A stretch of DNA of 64,000 nucleotides from an uncultured Gammaproteobacteria bacterium. GTDB taxonomy: Bacteria > Pseudomonadota > Gammaproteobacteria > JACCXJ01. Below are positions 41,851 through 56,138 of the stretch, in pieces (the first letter of the stretch is position 1; each line of letters opens with the position of its first letter). The notes below the pieces were generated by a model. It had not been told where the DNA came from. It saw nothing but the letters and a program-made list of their open reading frames with translations, and did no database searches. The stretch is taken from assembly GCA_963764725.1 (NCBI GenBank), contig CAVXTM010000015.1, forward strand, positions 288,001 to 352,000, read 5' to 3'. The position numbers were made by a program, and so were the translations under genes.

Positions 41851-44800
41851 GTGCTGTCTCCAAACTTACAACTGAGCTGTCACCGGAGGAAAAGCGTGCG
41901 CTTCTAGCGCAGCTACTGCAGAAAAAGGCTAGCCAGTCCAAATCTTTGCTTCCTCTCTCCCTCGGTCAGCAGGCACTGTGGTTTTTGTACACGCTCGCAC
42001 CCCAAAGCTGGGCTTACAATGTGTTGTTTGCAGCCCGAATTCGCTCACATGTAGACGTTCCGGCCTTGCGACGCGCGTTTGGGGCGCTGATTGATCGCCA
42101 TCCTTCCCTCAGAACCACTTATACTTTGCGCGACGGTAGACCGGTGCAGCAAGTCCACGAGCACACTCAAGTCCACTTTGAGGAGACAGACGCTTCAGCT
42201 TGGAGCCAGACAGCGTTGAATAACCGCCTGGTTGAGGAAGCACGCCGTCCCTTCAATTTGGAACGGGGACCCTTGCTGCGGGTGAACTTGTTCACTCAAT
42301 CAGCCAAAGAACACATCCTTTTGCTGACGATGCACCACATTGCAGTCGATCTCTGGTCCCTTACCGTGTTGTTGGACGAGCTCCGCGTGCTGTACCCTGC
42401 CCAAAGAGCTGGCACACAGGCACCTCTACCTCCTCTCGCCTGGCAATACACGGACTTCGTTCGTTGGCAGACCGAAATGCTAGCAAGCGCAGAAGGAGAA
42501 CGGCTTTGGACCTATTGGCAGAAACAGCTTGCTGGTGAATTGCCTGTGCTGAATCTGCCTACTGATCGGCCTCGACCGCCGATTCAGACGTATCGCGGTG
42601 CCTCGCACGCCTTCAAGCTGAGCGAGGAATTGACGCGGCAGATCAAGGCGCTGACGAAGACCGAGGAAGTAACTCTTTATATAACGCTCCTGGCGGCCTT
42701 CGAGGTGTTGCTTTATCGCTATACCGGTCAAGAAGACATTCTGGTAGGCTCTCCCGCTACTGGTCGGAGTCGGCGTGAATTTTCAGGGATAGTGGGTGAC
42801 TTCATCAACCCAGTTGTCTTGCGAGCGGATCTTTCCGGCAATCCCACATTCAAGACGTTTCTCACTCAGGTGCGCTATACGGTGCTAAATGCTCTCAATC
42901 ATCAGGACTACCCTTTCCCACTCATAATCGAGCGACTCCGTCTAACTCCAGATCCCAGTCGTTCGCCGCTCTTCGGGGTCATGCTCATCTTACGGAAGCT
43001 ACACCGATTCGAGGAACTATCAGATTTCATCGAGCCGAACCAAATCCAGGCCAAGATGGATTTTGGGGGGCTTGAGATAGAACCTTTTGATCAGGCACAG
43101 CAGGAGGGTCAGTTTGATCTGACCTTAGCGATGATCGAGACCGGCGGCTCACTTTTTGGCGTTTTGAAGTACAACCCAGACTTGTTTGAGGCTGCAACTA
43201 TCGCCCGGATGACCGGACATTTTCAGACCTTGCTCGAAGGCGTCGTCACCAACCCAGACCAGCCGATTTCACGCTTGCCACTTTTGAGAGCAGCAGACCG
43301 GCATCAGTTACTCGTGGAGTGGAACGACACCCAGGTAGATTACCCCAAGGATGCGCGCATCCATCGGCTATTTGAGGCACAGGTAGAGCGAACACCTGAG
43401 GCTATTGCCGTCGTCTTTGAAGACCAGCAGCTAAGCTATCGAGACCTGAATCGCCGCGCAAATCAACTCGCGCATCACTTGATCGGCCGGGGCGTCGGCC
43501 CCGACATTCTGGTTGGCATCTTTGTCGAGCGCTCGCTTGACATGATCGTCGGTCTATTAGGCATTTTGAAGGCGGGGGGCGCCTATGTGCCGCTCGATCC
43601 GGACTACCCCATTGAGCGGCTCGGCTTCATGGTGAGAGATGCGGCGCTCTCGGTGGTGGTGACTCGGCAAAGGCTCGAGTCTACCCGCGAATGGCGCAAA
43701 ACTCGTCCGACTGGACAGCGATCGAAGCGCGATCGACGCGCAACCCGATCACAACCCTGTCGATCGGGCTGATGCCGACTCGCTCGCCTATGTAATCTAC
43801 ACCTCGGGCTCGAACGGGTCAACCGAAGGGCGTGATGATTGAGCATCGCTCCGTGGCCAACTATCTTGCCGCGGCAAGCCAACTGTACGGGGTGCAAGCG
43901 AGTGACCGTGTTCTACAGTTCGCATCGATCAGTTTCGATGTCAGCGTCAGGGAAATCTTCGGCAGCTTGACCAGTGGCGCTGCGCTCATCTTGTGCGCCG
44001 ATCGGCGACAGGACAGCGCGCAGTTCTTTTCCGATTGCCAGGACCGGCCATTACGATGGTTAGCCTGCCCACGGCATACTGGCACAGACTTGCCAGCGCT
44101 TTGGACGAGGAAGGTTGGCGGATTCCGCCATCGTTGCGCCTGGTCAGCGCCGGTGGGGCGAAAATGTTGGCTGATCGCCTGGCGATTTGGCGCCGTGCCG
44201 CTCCGCAACTGTCGCCTTATCAATAGCTACGGCCCCACTGAAACCACGGTATCTGCCGCAGCGTCGGAATCCCGGGCAAGCAGAAGCGCTCGTGGATGTC
44301 CCGATTGGCCGCCCGATCGCCAACACGCAAACCTACATCCTCGACGCTCACTTGAACCCGGTGCCGACAGGGGTTCCCGGCGAGCTGCACATCGGCGGCA
44401 GTGGTTTGGCGCGCGGATACCTGGGTCGTGCCTGACTTAACCGCTGAGAAGTTCATCGGCAATCCGTTCAGCGACGATCCAAAAGAACGGCTGTATAAGA
44501 CCGGCGATCTCGCGCGCTATCTCTCTGATGGCAATATCGCGTTTTTGGGACGCGTCGATCATCAAGTCAAGATCAGGGGTTTTCGCATCGAGCCGGGCGA
44601 GATCGAAGCGGTGTTAATTCACCATTCCAGCGTGTGTGAAGCGGTCGTGATCGCGCGAGAAGATATCCCTGGCGACAAGCGCCTGGTCGCCTACGTCATC
44701 GCTTCAACGGACGACGACGCGAGCCTGATCACGTCGCTGCGCAGTCACCTTAAGTCAACTGCTTCCCGACTACATGCTACCTTCGGCTTTCGTCATCCTC

Positions 44801-46005
44801 GACAAACTACCGGTCACTCCGAATGGAAAGCTCGATCGGAAAGCTTTGCCGGCGCCGGAATATCAATCGCAAGAGGTTTTTGTCGCGCCGCGCACGCCGA
44901 TCGAGCAACAACTCGCGGCGATCTTCGCGGGGGTATTGAAAGCTCGATCGGGTTGGCATCCACGACAACTTCTTCGATCTCGGCGGGCATTCGTTTCTGG
45001 TGTTGCGCGTGTTGGCCGAAATCGAAAAGACTTGCGGCCGGCGTTTGTCGGTCGCGACGCTGTTCCAGGCACCGACCGTGGAACAGATCGGCCGAATCCT
45101 GGCGGCGGGAGATTCTCTCGATGACTCGGATGTGATCGTGCCGCTCAACCCCCACGGCACGACCCCGCCGCTATTCAGTGTATGGCTGGGCATCGCAACT
45201 ATGCTGCGCGAGTTGTGCCGCTGCCTCGGGCCTGATCAGCGTCTGTACGGAATCAGCTCTCACTGGGACCCGAGGCAGATGCGCATGACGCGCATTGAAG
45301 AAATGGCCGCTTTTAATCTGACTCACCTGCGCAAGGTACAGCCGCACGGACCTTATTATTTGAGCAGTGACTGCGTGTCGACGCTGGTCGCGCTGGAAAT
45401 GGCGCAGCAGTTGCTCGCCCAAGGCGAAGAGATCGCGGCGCTGGTGTTGATCGATCCCCCACCGCCGAAGACGCCAATGGCACGCGATCGTTCTCGCAAC
45501 CGTGTCGAAAGGCATTTACGCAGCCTGGTCAATAAAAATGTCATCGAGCAGCTCGCCTATGTGTGGGCGCGTGTGTGGTACGGGTTGAACGTCCTCTGTC
45601 AGGAGAATCGCGCTTCCTATTTTCCTGGCGTGCAGACTGCCTTTGTCGCGCGGTCTTTTGTCGCGCTATACTATTGATTCGCATCGGCGCGCGAAAAAGA
45701 ACTATGTGCCGAGAGCCTATGCCGGCAAGATCTGGTTTATCTGGGCGGCCGACGATATGGACGAGGTGCGGCGCCGCGAAATTCAAAACGCCTGGTCCCG
45801 GCTTGCCGCGCAAGCAACCCATCGCCTGGTCCCAGGCATGCATGTCGAACTGTTTCAAGATCCTTATGTCGGGCCGCTGGCCGAACAAATGAAGATCTGC
45901 CTGGCCGAGGCGCGAAGGGCGCCGCACACCTCCCCCGGGGCCCAAGACAATGCCACTGGAAGCCTAGCTCACAAACCCAGCATTCAACGAGCGTCCTTGG
46001 CGTGA
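41847..46005 (+). CDS. NRPS module C-A-PCP-TE; A-PCP-TE part broken by multiple frameshifts
   Basis: C domain HHIAVD; A domain [43 protein letters not shown]; [11 protein letters not shown]; [10 protein letters not shown]...VPGMH. Confidence 0.85.
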
Positions 46006-46688
46006 GGCTTCGCATTGCGGCGGATCGAGTCGACCTCTGGCGCGCGTCGCTTCCCGCTTTGCCCGCTCTGCAAGCCCAGCTCTCGCCCGATGAATTGGAC
46101 CGCGCGGCGCGTTTTCATTTCGAGAAAGACAGCAGGCATTTCATCGCGGCTCGCGGCTGGCTGCGAACAGTGCTCGCACGCTACCTCGACACGTCGCCCG
46201 CCGATCTCCGCTTCGATTATGGCGTGCGCGGCAAACCCGTGCTTTCCACAGGCTGTGATCTCCGCTTCAACCTTTCGCACTCCCATGATCTCGTCTTGCT
46301 TGCCGTGACCAAAAAACGCGAGCTCGGCATCGATGTCGAATTCATCAAAGCATCAATAGGTCCGGAAATCGCCGAGCGTTTCTTTTCTGCCGCCGAAATC
46401 GCCGAACTCCGTGCTCTGCCTCGGGAACAACAGCGCGCGGCATTCTTTGCGGGCTGGACGCGCAAGGAATCCTATATCAAGGCAACCGGGACCGGATTGT
46501 TCGCCCCGCTCGATTGCTTCACCGTTTCGCTCGCACCGAACGAGTCGCGCGTGTCGCTGCGCGTCCACGACGACGAGCGCGAGGCCGCGCGTTGGACCTT
46601 ATGCAGCTTGCATCTCGACGAAGGCTACGCCGGGGCGCTAGCCGTCGAAGGCAGCGATTGGCGATTGCGATGCTTCGACTGGTCGTAG
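46002..46688 (+). CDS. Sfp-type 4'-phosphopantetheinyl transferase
   Basis: GKP, FNLSHS, GIDVE, WTRKESYIKATGTG. Confidence 0.92.
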   Translation: MRLRIAADRVDLWRASLPALPALQAQLSPDELDRAARFHFEKDSRHFIAARGWLRTVLARYLDTSPADLRFDYGVRGKPVLSTGCDLRFNLSHSHDLVLLAVTKKRELGIDVEFIKASIGPEIAERFFSAAEIAELRALPREQQRAAFFAGWTRKESYIKATGTGLFAPLDCFTVSLAPNESRVSLRVHDDEREAARWTLCSLHLDEGYAGALAVEGSDWRLRCFDWS

Positions 46689-46891
46689 CTGTCGGCCTAT
46701 ATGATGCCGACGGTTGTGCTCGATCGACTGCCGCTTACGCCAAACAGTCACCGAATCCGGCCGTAAGGCATTACGCAACCTCCGGTTAAGAGTATAGAAC
46801 GATCATTCTCACGTTGAGTCGATTGAAAGAAGGAAAGGATTCGATACCACCGGCTCTACCAGCCTTAATAGCTACGACTGAAGCTGGTGCT

Positions 46892-48364
46892 TTATGACAA
46901 TGACTCTTTTCGTGGCCCACCGAAAAGGAGCGCGATGGCCTCTGTCATTAGCGCCCTTTGGAAGACGAAGGATAATACTATATATCCAACTAGTCCAACT
47001 ATCGCGGCCAGCGCACAAGCCACGATGTTGCTATCTATCGCAACGAAACGGATCACCAAAGACATTAGGACACCCATACAGAGCGCTAAGACAATAGGTT
47101 TTGCTGTGACTGTGGCGTATTCGGTAAAGCACGGACCGATGAGTTTACGTATAAGGACTCTGTAGTGCATGAAAGCAAGAAAAAACTGGAGTAAGACGAG
47201 CGAGTAACAAACATTAACCAAATCGCCCGTTTTGGCTGCGGCAAAGATAGTCGGCGGAATCAACAAAGTTAATGACAAATTCCAGTAAAGCATCCAGTTT
47301 GCCTTTCCTTTTGCGACAATGAGACTGCCCGCAGCGCTTCCGAACGATCGAAATAATGAATAGAACGCGAGGATCTGGACTAGCGGTATTGCAGGACGCC
47401 ATTTGTCGCCCAAGAGTATGGGGACAAGCAGCGGCGCTAACGCTGCCATGCCAACAAGAACAGGCGCATTTACTGATGTAACAAGACCAATCATCTTCAT
47501 AAAGCCTCTTTTTAGCAACGCGTGGTCGTCTTGAACCAACGAAAACGCAGGGAAGGCCACGGTTGTCAAGATGCTGTTTATCCTTGTAAGAGGAGCGATC
47601 GCTAAACGAAAAGCCATGTTGTAATAGCCCAATGAAATGGGGCCTAAGAGATAGCCGACCAGTAACTGGTCGATGCGAAAGTTAATATAATTGACAAACC
47701 CCTCTCCTGTAAGATAAATACCAAAACTCAAATATCTCCTCCCCTTGTTCCAGTCAAAGTGCAGGAACGGTAACACTTTCTCCGCTTTCGCCCATGCAAT
47801 CCTCATAATGGTGATGGAAAACGTGGCGGTAAGGCTTCCCCAGACTAAAGCCCACACGCCAAATCCGTACAACGCTAGCGCCACAGAGACAGCCATGCCA
47901 ATCAGGGAACTAGCGATATTGAATTTTGTAAGGATATCAAAACGTAGCTTCTTAGTGATTTGTGCTGAAAACTGCGCTCCAATAGAGTAAATAACAAAGG
48001 AAAATGCGGCGACAGACACCAACGCTCTGAGCTGTGTCGCGCCGAACGCAGTGGCCACTAGGGGAGCGACAAGAACAAACAATATGAATATCGCAAAACC
48101 GGCAACGACGTTCATCCAATATAAAGTGGATAACTCTTCACGCGTTGGGGACACTCTTTGTATCAGAGCCCCCGATAGCCCTAGATTTGAGAAGGCACTC
48201 CCGAAACCCGTTATCACACTGACAATGGCCATTAGTCCATAAGCCTCTGCCCCGAGCAGACGAGCTAAGATAGCGAGCTCAATGAAATGTATCGCGGTAG
48301 TGCTTAGCGTGTTAATGCCGCTCCATCGGACACCATGAGTGACCTTGCGCTTGAAATCTGCCAT
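46892..48364 (-). CDS. WzxC/PST-family polysaccharide flippase
   Basis: GVRWS, LARLLG...GL, D.LLVG..LG...LGYY..A, LLGDKW; MADFKR start. Confidence 0.88.
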   Translation of the reverse strand: MADFKRKVTHGVRWSGINTLSTTAIHFIELAILARLLGAEAYGLMAIVSVITGFGSAFSNLGLSGALIQRVSPTREELSTLYWMNVVAGFAIFILFVLVAPLVATAFGATQLRALVSVAAFSFVIYSIGAQFSAQITKKLRFDILTKFNIASSLIGMAVSVALALYGFGVWALVWGSLTATFSITIMRIAWAKAEKVLPFLHFDWNKGRRYLSFGIYLTGEGFVNYINFRIDQLLVGYLLGPISLGYYNMAFRLAIAPLTRINSILTTVAFPAFSLVQDDHALLKRGFMKMIGLVTSVNAPVLVGMAALAPLLVPILLGDKWRPAIPLVQILAFYSLFRSFGSAAGSLIVAKGKANWMLYWNLSLTLLIPPTIFAAAKTGDLVNVCYSLVLLQFFLAFMHYRVLIRKLIGPCFTEYATVTAKPIVLALCMGVLMSLVIRFVAIDSNIVACALAAIVGLVGYIVLSFVFQRALMTEAIALLFGGPRKESLS

Positions 48365-48419
48365 AAAAACCTTTGTGTTTTGGCTCCAGAAAAGGCACAT
48401 CCTACCGTTTGGCTGATCC

Positions 48420-49862
48420 CTACTGGTCTTTCGGCGGAGTGCGCACTACGAGGAGGCGAATTTCGGTCATGTCTTCCATGGCGAAACGCACGCCCTCTCT
48501 GCCTAGTCCGCTGTCTTTCACGCCGCCATAGGGCATGTGATCCACGCGCCACGAGGGAATGTCACCGATGATCACGCTACCCACATCGAGCCGGTCCCAG
48601 GCGCGGTGGGCTTTGTAGAGATCGCGAGTGAAGAGTCCGGCCTGCAGCCCGAATTCACTATCGTTGATTTCGTCCAGGGCCGCCTCGAATGATCGAAAAG
48701 GAGCCAGCACCGCCACGGGGCCGAATGCCTCCTGCGCGCACACGTCCTCGGTCTTGGGGACGTTTTCCAGCAGGGTGGGCTCCAGCATCGCCCCCCGCCG
48801 TTGGCCTCCGCATAAAAGACGTGCGCCCGCTCTTACTGCATTGTGAATCCAGCCGTCCAGACGCGTGGCTTCCGCCTCCGAAATCAACGGGCCGATGAAC
48901 GTCGATTCATCCTTGGGATCACCGCATTTCAATTTTTGGGTGGCGGCCACGAGCTTGGTTCGAAAAGCCTCGTAAATTTTTTCGTGGATCAGGATTCGTT
49001 GTACGCTGATGCAACTCTGACCGGATTGGTAGAACGCACCGAAAATAATGCGCTCGACGGCGTCCTCGAGATCGGCGTCCTCGTCGACGAGGCAAGCGGC
49101 ATTGCCTCCCAGCTCGAGCGTGACCTTTTTCTTGCCTGCCTTCGCCTTGAGGCCCCAGCCGACGGCCGGAGAGCCCGTGAAGCTCAGAAACTTGAGCCTT
49201 GGATCCCCTGTGAACAGCCCGGCTCCGTCCCGGTGGCAGGGCAGGATTGAAAAAGCCCCTTCGGGCAAGTCGGTCTCGGCTAGCACCTCTCCAATGATGA
49301 GAGCGCCCAAGGGGGTTCGGCTCGCCGGCTTAAGAACGAAAGGGCAACCCACGGCAATGGCGGGTGCCACTTTATGGGCGGCTAGATTGAGTGGAAAGTT
49401 GAAGGGGGATATGAACGAGCAGGGCCCGATGGGCACCCGCTTCCACATCCCCACATACCCTTTAGCGCGCGGAGTAATGTCCAAGGGAAGCACCTCCCCC
49501 GTTATTCGAGTGGCTTCCTCGGCGGCAATCCGAAACGTATCAATGAGGCGCATGACTTCGCCCCGGCTATCCTTAATGGGCTTTCCGGCCTCGACACAAA
49601 GGAGCAGCGCAAGCTCCTCGGCCCGCTCTTCGAACCGCTTTACGCAGTGGTGGAGTACTTTGGCCCGCGCATAAGCAGGCAGGCGGGCCATGGGCCCGGT
49701 GGCCTCGACTGCTTTCCGAATGGCGCGGTCGATGGTTTTTGCGTCGGCCAGTGCCACGCGGGCCGCTACCTCGCCGCTGTATTTGTCGGTGACCTCGAGA
49801 TCCCGGTTGGGCTGTTCGGATCGGTTCGCCACATAACACGGGTATACGTTCCGCATTGTCAT
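48420..49862 (-). CDS. NAD(P)-dependent aldehyde dehydrogenase
   Basis: ISPFNFP, FTGS, LELGGN, GQSCIS, EAFGP, PYGGVKDSGLGREG. Confidence 0.95.
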   Translation of the reverse strand: MTMRNVYPCYVANRSEQPNRDLEVTDKYSGEVAARVALADAKTIDRAIRKAVEATGPMARLPAYARAKVLHHCVKRFEERAEELALLLCVEAGKPIKDSRGEVMRLIDTFRIAAEEATRITGEVLPLDITPRAKGYVGMWKRVPIGPCSFISPFNFPLNLAAHKVAPAIAVGCPFVLKPASRTPLGALIIGEVLAETDLPEGAFSILPCHRDGAGLFTGDPRLKFLSFTGSPAVGWGLKAKAGKKKVTLELGGNAACLVDEDADLEDAVERIIFGAFYQSGQSCISVQRILIHEKIYEAFRTKLVAATQKLKCGDPKDESTFIGPLISEAEATRLDGWIHNAVRAGARLLCGGQRRGAMLEPTLLENVPKTEDVCAQEAFGPVAVLAPFRSFEAALDEINDSEFGLQAGLFTRDLYKAHRAWDRLDVGSVIIGDIPSWRVDHMPYGGVKDSGLGREGVRFAMEDMTEIRLLVVRTPPKDQ

Positions 49863-49922
49863 CGTCGGCTCCTATTCAAGGCCCATTCGTACTTCTGGAC
49901 CGGTGCGAGACTTTTCACGGAA

Positions 49923-50330
49923 CTAAGCAAAAACGTTCTCGGCAAGCGACTGCGGTGAATGAATCGTCACGCCGCCGAGCGTCTTGCCATAAAGGCCCCG
50001 AAGTGGGTGCGGTCACCCGTTACGAGAACGTCGCATGCTAACCGGATCGCGGCGGCCAAAACCGGGCGATCTTTCTCGGGGATCGCAAGAGTCTCCCGCA
50101 AGGATACCGGATGAGCCTGGGCGGCTGCCATGGAGACGCGCGCGAGCAATGTTTCCAGAACAGCGAGACTACCCGGGGCCTTAGTCGCGAGGTTGCGCCG
50201 CGCTTCTTCCACCACGTAGCCGTCGGCCCAGCATTCGTGACCCGCTTCCATCAGCCACGCGAGCAACTGCCTCACGGCCCCGTCCGCCTTCGGCGGGAAA
50301 AAGTATGTTGGCGTCGAGAAATATCCGCAT
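49923..50330 (-). CDS. PIN-domain (VapC-like) toxin, two apparent frameshifts
   Basis: MRIFLDANILF, EEARRNL, KDRPVLAAA, LVTGDRTHF. Confidence 0.8.
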
Positions 50331-50575
50331 CAACGCGCGGACTTGGTCTTCTTCTTCCGATGCAAAACCTTCTCAAGCTCTGCTTCGCCTTGATCGAATT
50401 CGCGGATCCGCTTCTCGTTATAGATCTCGATCGGCAGCGTGACGGCAGGTCGCAAAAGCAAGCCTTCCGGCGTTTCGGCGATGAGCTGCTCGTCGGCGTT
50501 GATGCCAAGCGCCTCCCGGAGCTTGGCCGGTACTGTGATGACGCCTCGGCTGGTGATGGTGAGGGTGGTTTTCAC
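50330..50575 (-). CDS. AbrB/MazE/SpoVT-family antitoxin
   Basis: TITSRGVITVPAKLREALGI...GLLLRP; directly upstream of the PIN gene. Confidence 0.85.
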   Translation of the reverse strand: MKTTLTITSRGVITVPAKLREALGINADEQLIAETPEGLLLRPAVTLPIEIYNEKRIREFDQGEAELEKVLHRKKKTKSAR

Positions 50576-50772
50576 GGCGGCAGTCTCGCAGAAATACAGT
50601 AATGCTGCAAGGCAACGATATGCTTCAGCCTAAAGTGAGTCTGTCTCGTTGCTTTCGTCGTAACCCGCGCACCCGACGTGCGGTGATCTTCCGAGGCGTA
50701 CCGCGCGGAGACCCAGTTCGGCCGTCGATAGGCGCCAGTCCTCGTGCCTATTAGAACCTATTTGGCCTCCGC

Positions 50773-51049
50773 TTACGTCGAGTTGTCCGCGACCGCGAGG
50801 TCCCCCGCAATCAACCGAAACTGCTCGAGCGCCGCCTCCAGGTCATCGACGATCTCCTGCGCGATCACGTCCGGCGGTGGTAGGTTATCGGAATCCGCGA
50901 GGCTTTCGTCCTTCAGCCAGAAGATATCGAGGCTGGCTTTGTCGCGGGCGATCAGCTCGTCGTAGTCGTAGCAGCGCCAGCGACCCTCGCTCCCGGTTCC
51001 GTCGTTCTTACGCTGCTGCCCGCTTCGCACCGTCCCCTCTCCCTGAGGG
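50773..51049 (-). pseudogene. hsdM: Type I R-M methyltransferase HsdM, extreme C-terminal fragment
   Basis: EGRWRCYDYDELIARDKASLDIFWLKDESLADSDNLPPPDVIAQEIVDDLEAAL. Confidence 0.85.
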
Positions 51050-52030
51050 CTGTCTCTTGATCGGATCTTTTCACTGTTTTTTGAGGCTCAGAAATTGCGC
51101 GCTGACCTGAGTAGCATCGACGCGTTCCTGCAAGCGGAACCAGCCCTCCCACAATACAGCCCAGCCAGCGCGTCCGGTGCGTTTTGTGTCTATCCAGCCG
51201 CCCAGTTTGGCGAGGGTCTCGCAGGCCCACTTCAGCGAAGGCGCTTGCGCGGGCGGGCGGCACCGGTGCTGTGTGACCCACAATACTTTCCATTCCATCT
51301 CCTCGAGCACCCCGGCACAGCTGACTTGCCCTGCTGCCTCCACCGACAAGCCTTTGCCTGTAGCGCTATCGAGCCATTCGCGCAATTGCAGCAGCCGCAC
51401 CGCGATGAATGCCAATATCACGGCCATGCGCTCCAAATTGTCGGCCGACTGCATACGTCGGGCTTCTACCCCAGCGCCGGATTTCCACGCCTTGTGAAAA
51501 TCCTCCACTCGCCAGCGCCGCGCATAGTGGCTCAATACCCGCTGCGCCTCGATGATGGTAGCCACCGGTTCGCTCGCCAACAACAGCCAGCACAAGGGTT
51601 CCTGCCCATGCGGGGGATGTGCCTCCATCGCCAACACCGCATTGACCTGCAGCGAGGGCAGTCCCGGTGCGCGCCGTGGGGCGCAAAACTCAATGCAGGC
51701 GCTGCGCACCTGCAGATGCGCTTGCCGCGAACGCCGTGCATGCGCCCCACCGCGTTGCTGGACCCGCACGCCATGCGAACCCAACACCGGCGCACGCTCC
51801 AGGGCTTCGAACAGGTGGCGCGCCTCGCCCGCCACGCGCCGGTCCCAACTTGCGCGCACGACGAACCGCTCGCCACGCTCGACTTTGTACTGCAAATACT
51901 CGTAGATGTCAGCCTCACGGTCACACACCGAAATCACTCGCGCCTGCGTCACCCCCAAGCGCTCGGCCATCCGTCCACTGGCGCGCTGCCACTTGAAGCT
52001 TTCCTTCTCCCCATAGGCGCGCTCCCCACG
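51050..52030 (-). mobile_element. IS4-family IS50/Tn5-like element, 5'-truncated
   Basis: EKESFKW, VCDREADI, Y..RWRVEDFHKAWKSG, AKLGGW..TKRTG..GW..LWEG; end CTGTCTCTTGATCGGATCT at 51050-51068. Confidence 0.9.
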
Positions 52031-55207
<3,177 letters not shown>

Positions 55208-55211
<4 letters not shown>

Positions 55212-55664
55212 CGCTGCCTATCGAAGTACGCGTGGTGCTGGCCGGGGCGACTCCAAGCCGTCACACTCGACACACCGAATACCGCATCAATGCCCGAATC
55301 GGCATCGAGCCCGAATGCGCAGATCGTGCCCTCGTCAGACGAACACAACAAGTTGGCCCAAGCGTCAATGATGTTCGTCCAGATCGGGTTGTACCTAGTA
55401 GCCCATCGCTCACGGCGCCAGTCGCCGGCTGGATCGCCGCGGCGGAAGGACACGGGTGACACCTCGTCAGTTTCACCGTCATCCTCAGGTTGTGTGTTCT
55501 GCGGTTTCGGAAATTCGATGAAAGTGAATGGATCGAACACGCACCACCAGCGGTCAGCGAAATACTCCAAGCTAAGTCGAACACCTCCGGCGAACGGGAA
55601 TCCGAGATTCGGCACAGTGCCACCAAGCGGCGATTTGTATGCGCGTTGCAGCTTGGCCAAGCGC
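55208..55664 (-). CDS. APAZ-like C-terminal part of the short-pAgo partner (5' end missing)
   Basis: Overlaps the pAgo start by 4 bp; GVRLSLE..WWCVFDP...RERWATRYN..W..IIDAW resembles the APAZ ends of Sir2-APAZ proteins. Confidence 0.7.
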
Positions 55665-56060
55665 TGAGAGCGCGATCCACTATGGAATCGATCGCTAAGG
55701 GTAAAGTTAAAAAAGCAAAAATACTATCACTGCCCAACTGACCAGCCTTTGGATCCGCAAGCGCTGGATGCCGCGCTCCTTGGTTGGCAGGCCGAGCGAC
55801 TAGTGGTTGGTCATTGTCCAATCGAAAGTGGAGAAATCTTGATGCACCACCCTCTCTACAGAGAAAAAATCGTAATGGTCGATACCCGTATCTCGGCTGC
55901 CGACGGCAGTCTCAGTGCCCTGTGCATTACTTCGGAGGAGGTTACTCCACTCTATTTGAAGAGTCGCGAACCGGGCCGAGCGATAAGAACGGTGGAAAAG
56001 AAAATGGCCGACAAACAACCTCGGTACGGCGGTCTAGTTCACCCGTCCGGCTCCAGCTAG
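55665..56060 (+). pseudogene. Calcineurin-like (Shelph-type) metallophosphoesterase, 3' fragment
   Basis: DPLWNRS...RLVVGHCP...IVMVDTRIS...LSALCI in one frame. Confidence 0.6.
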
Positions 56061-56138
56061 TCGGGCCAGTCCGTGGTGTAACCGGCACTCCTATAAAAGA
56101 TTGGCTACAAGTGGTCGCCGCCCAACCTCAGAACGCTG

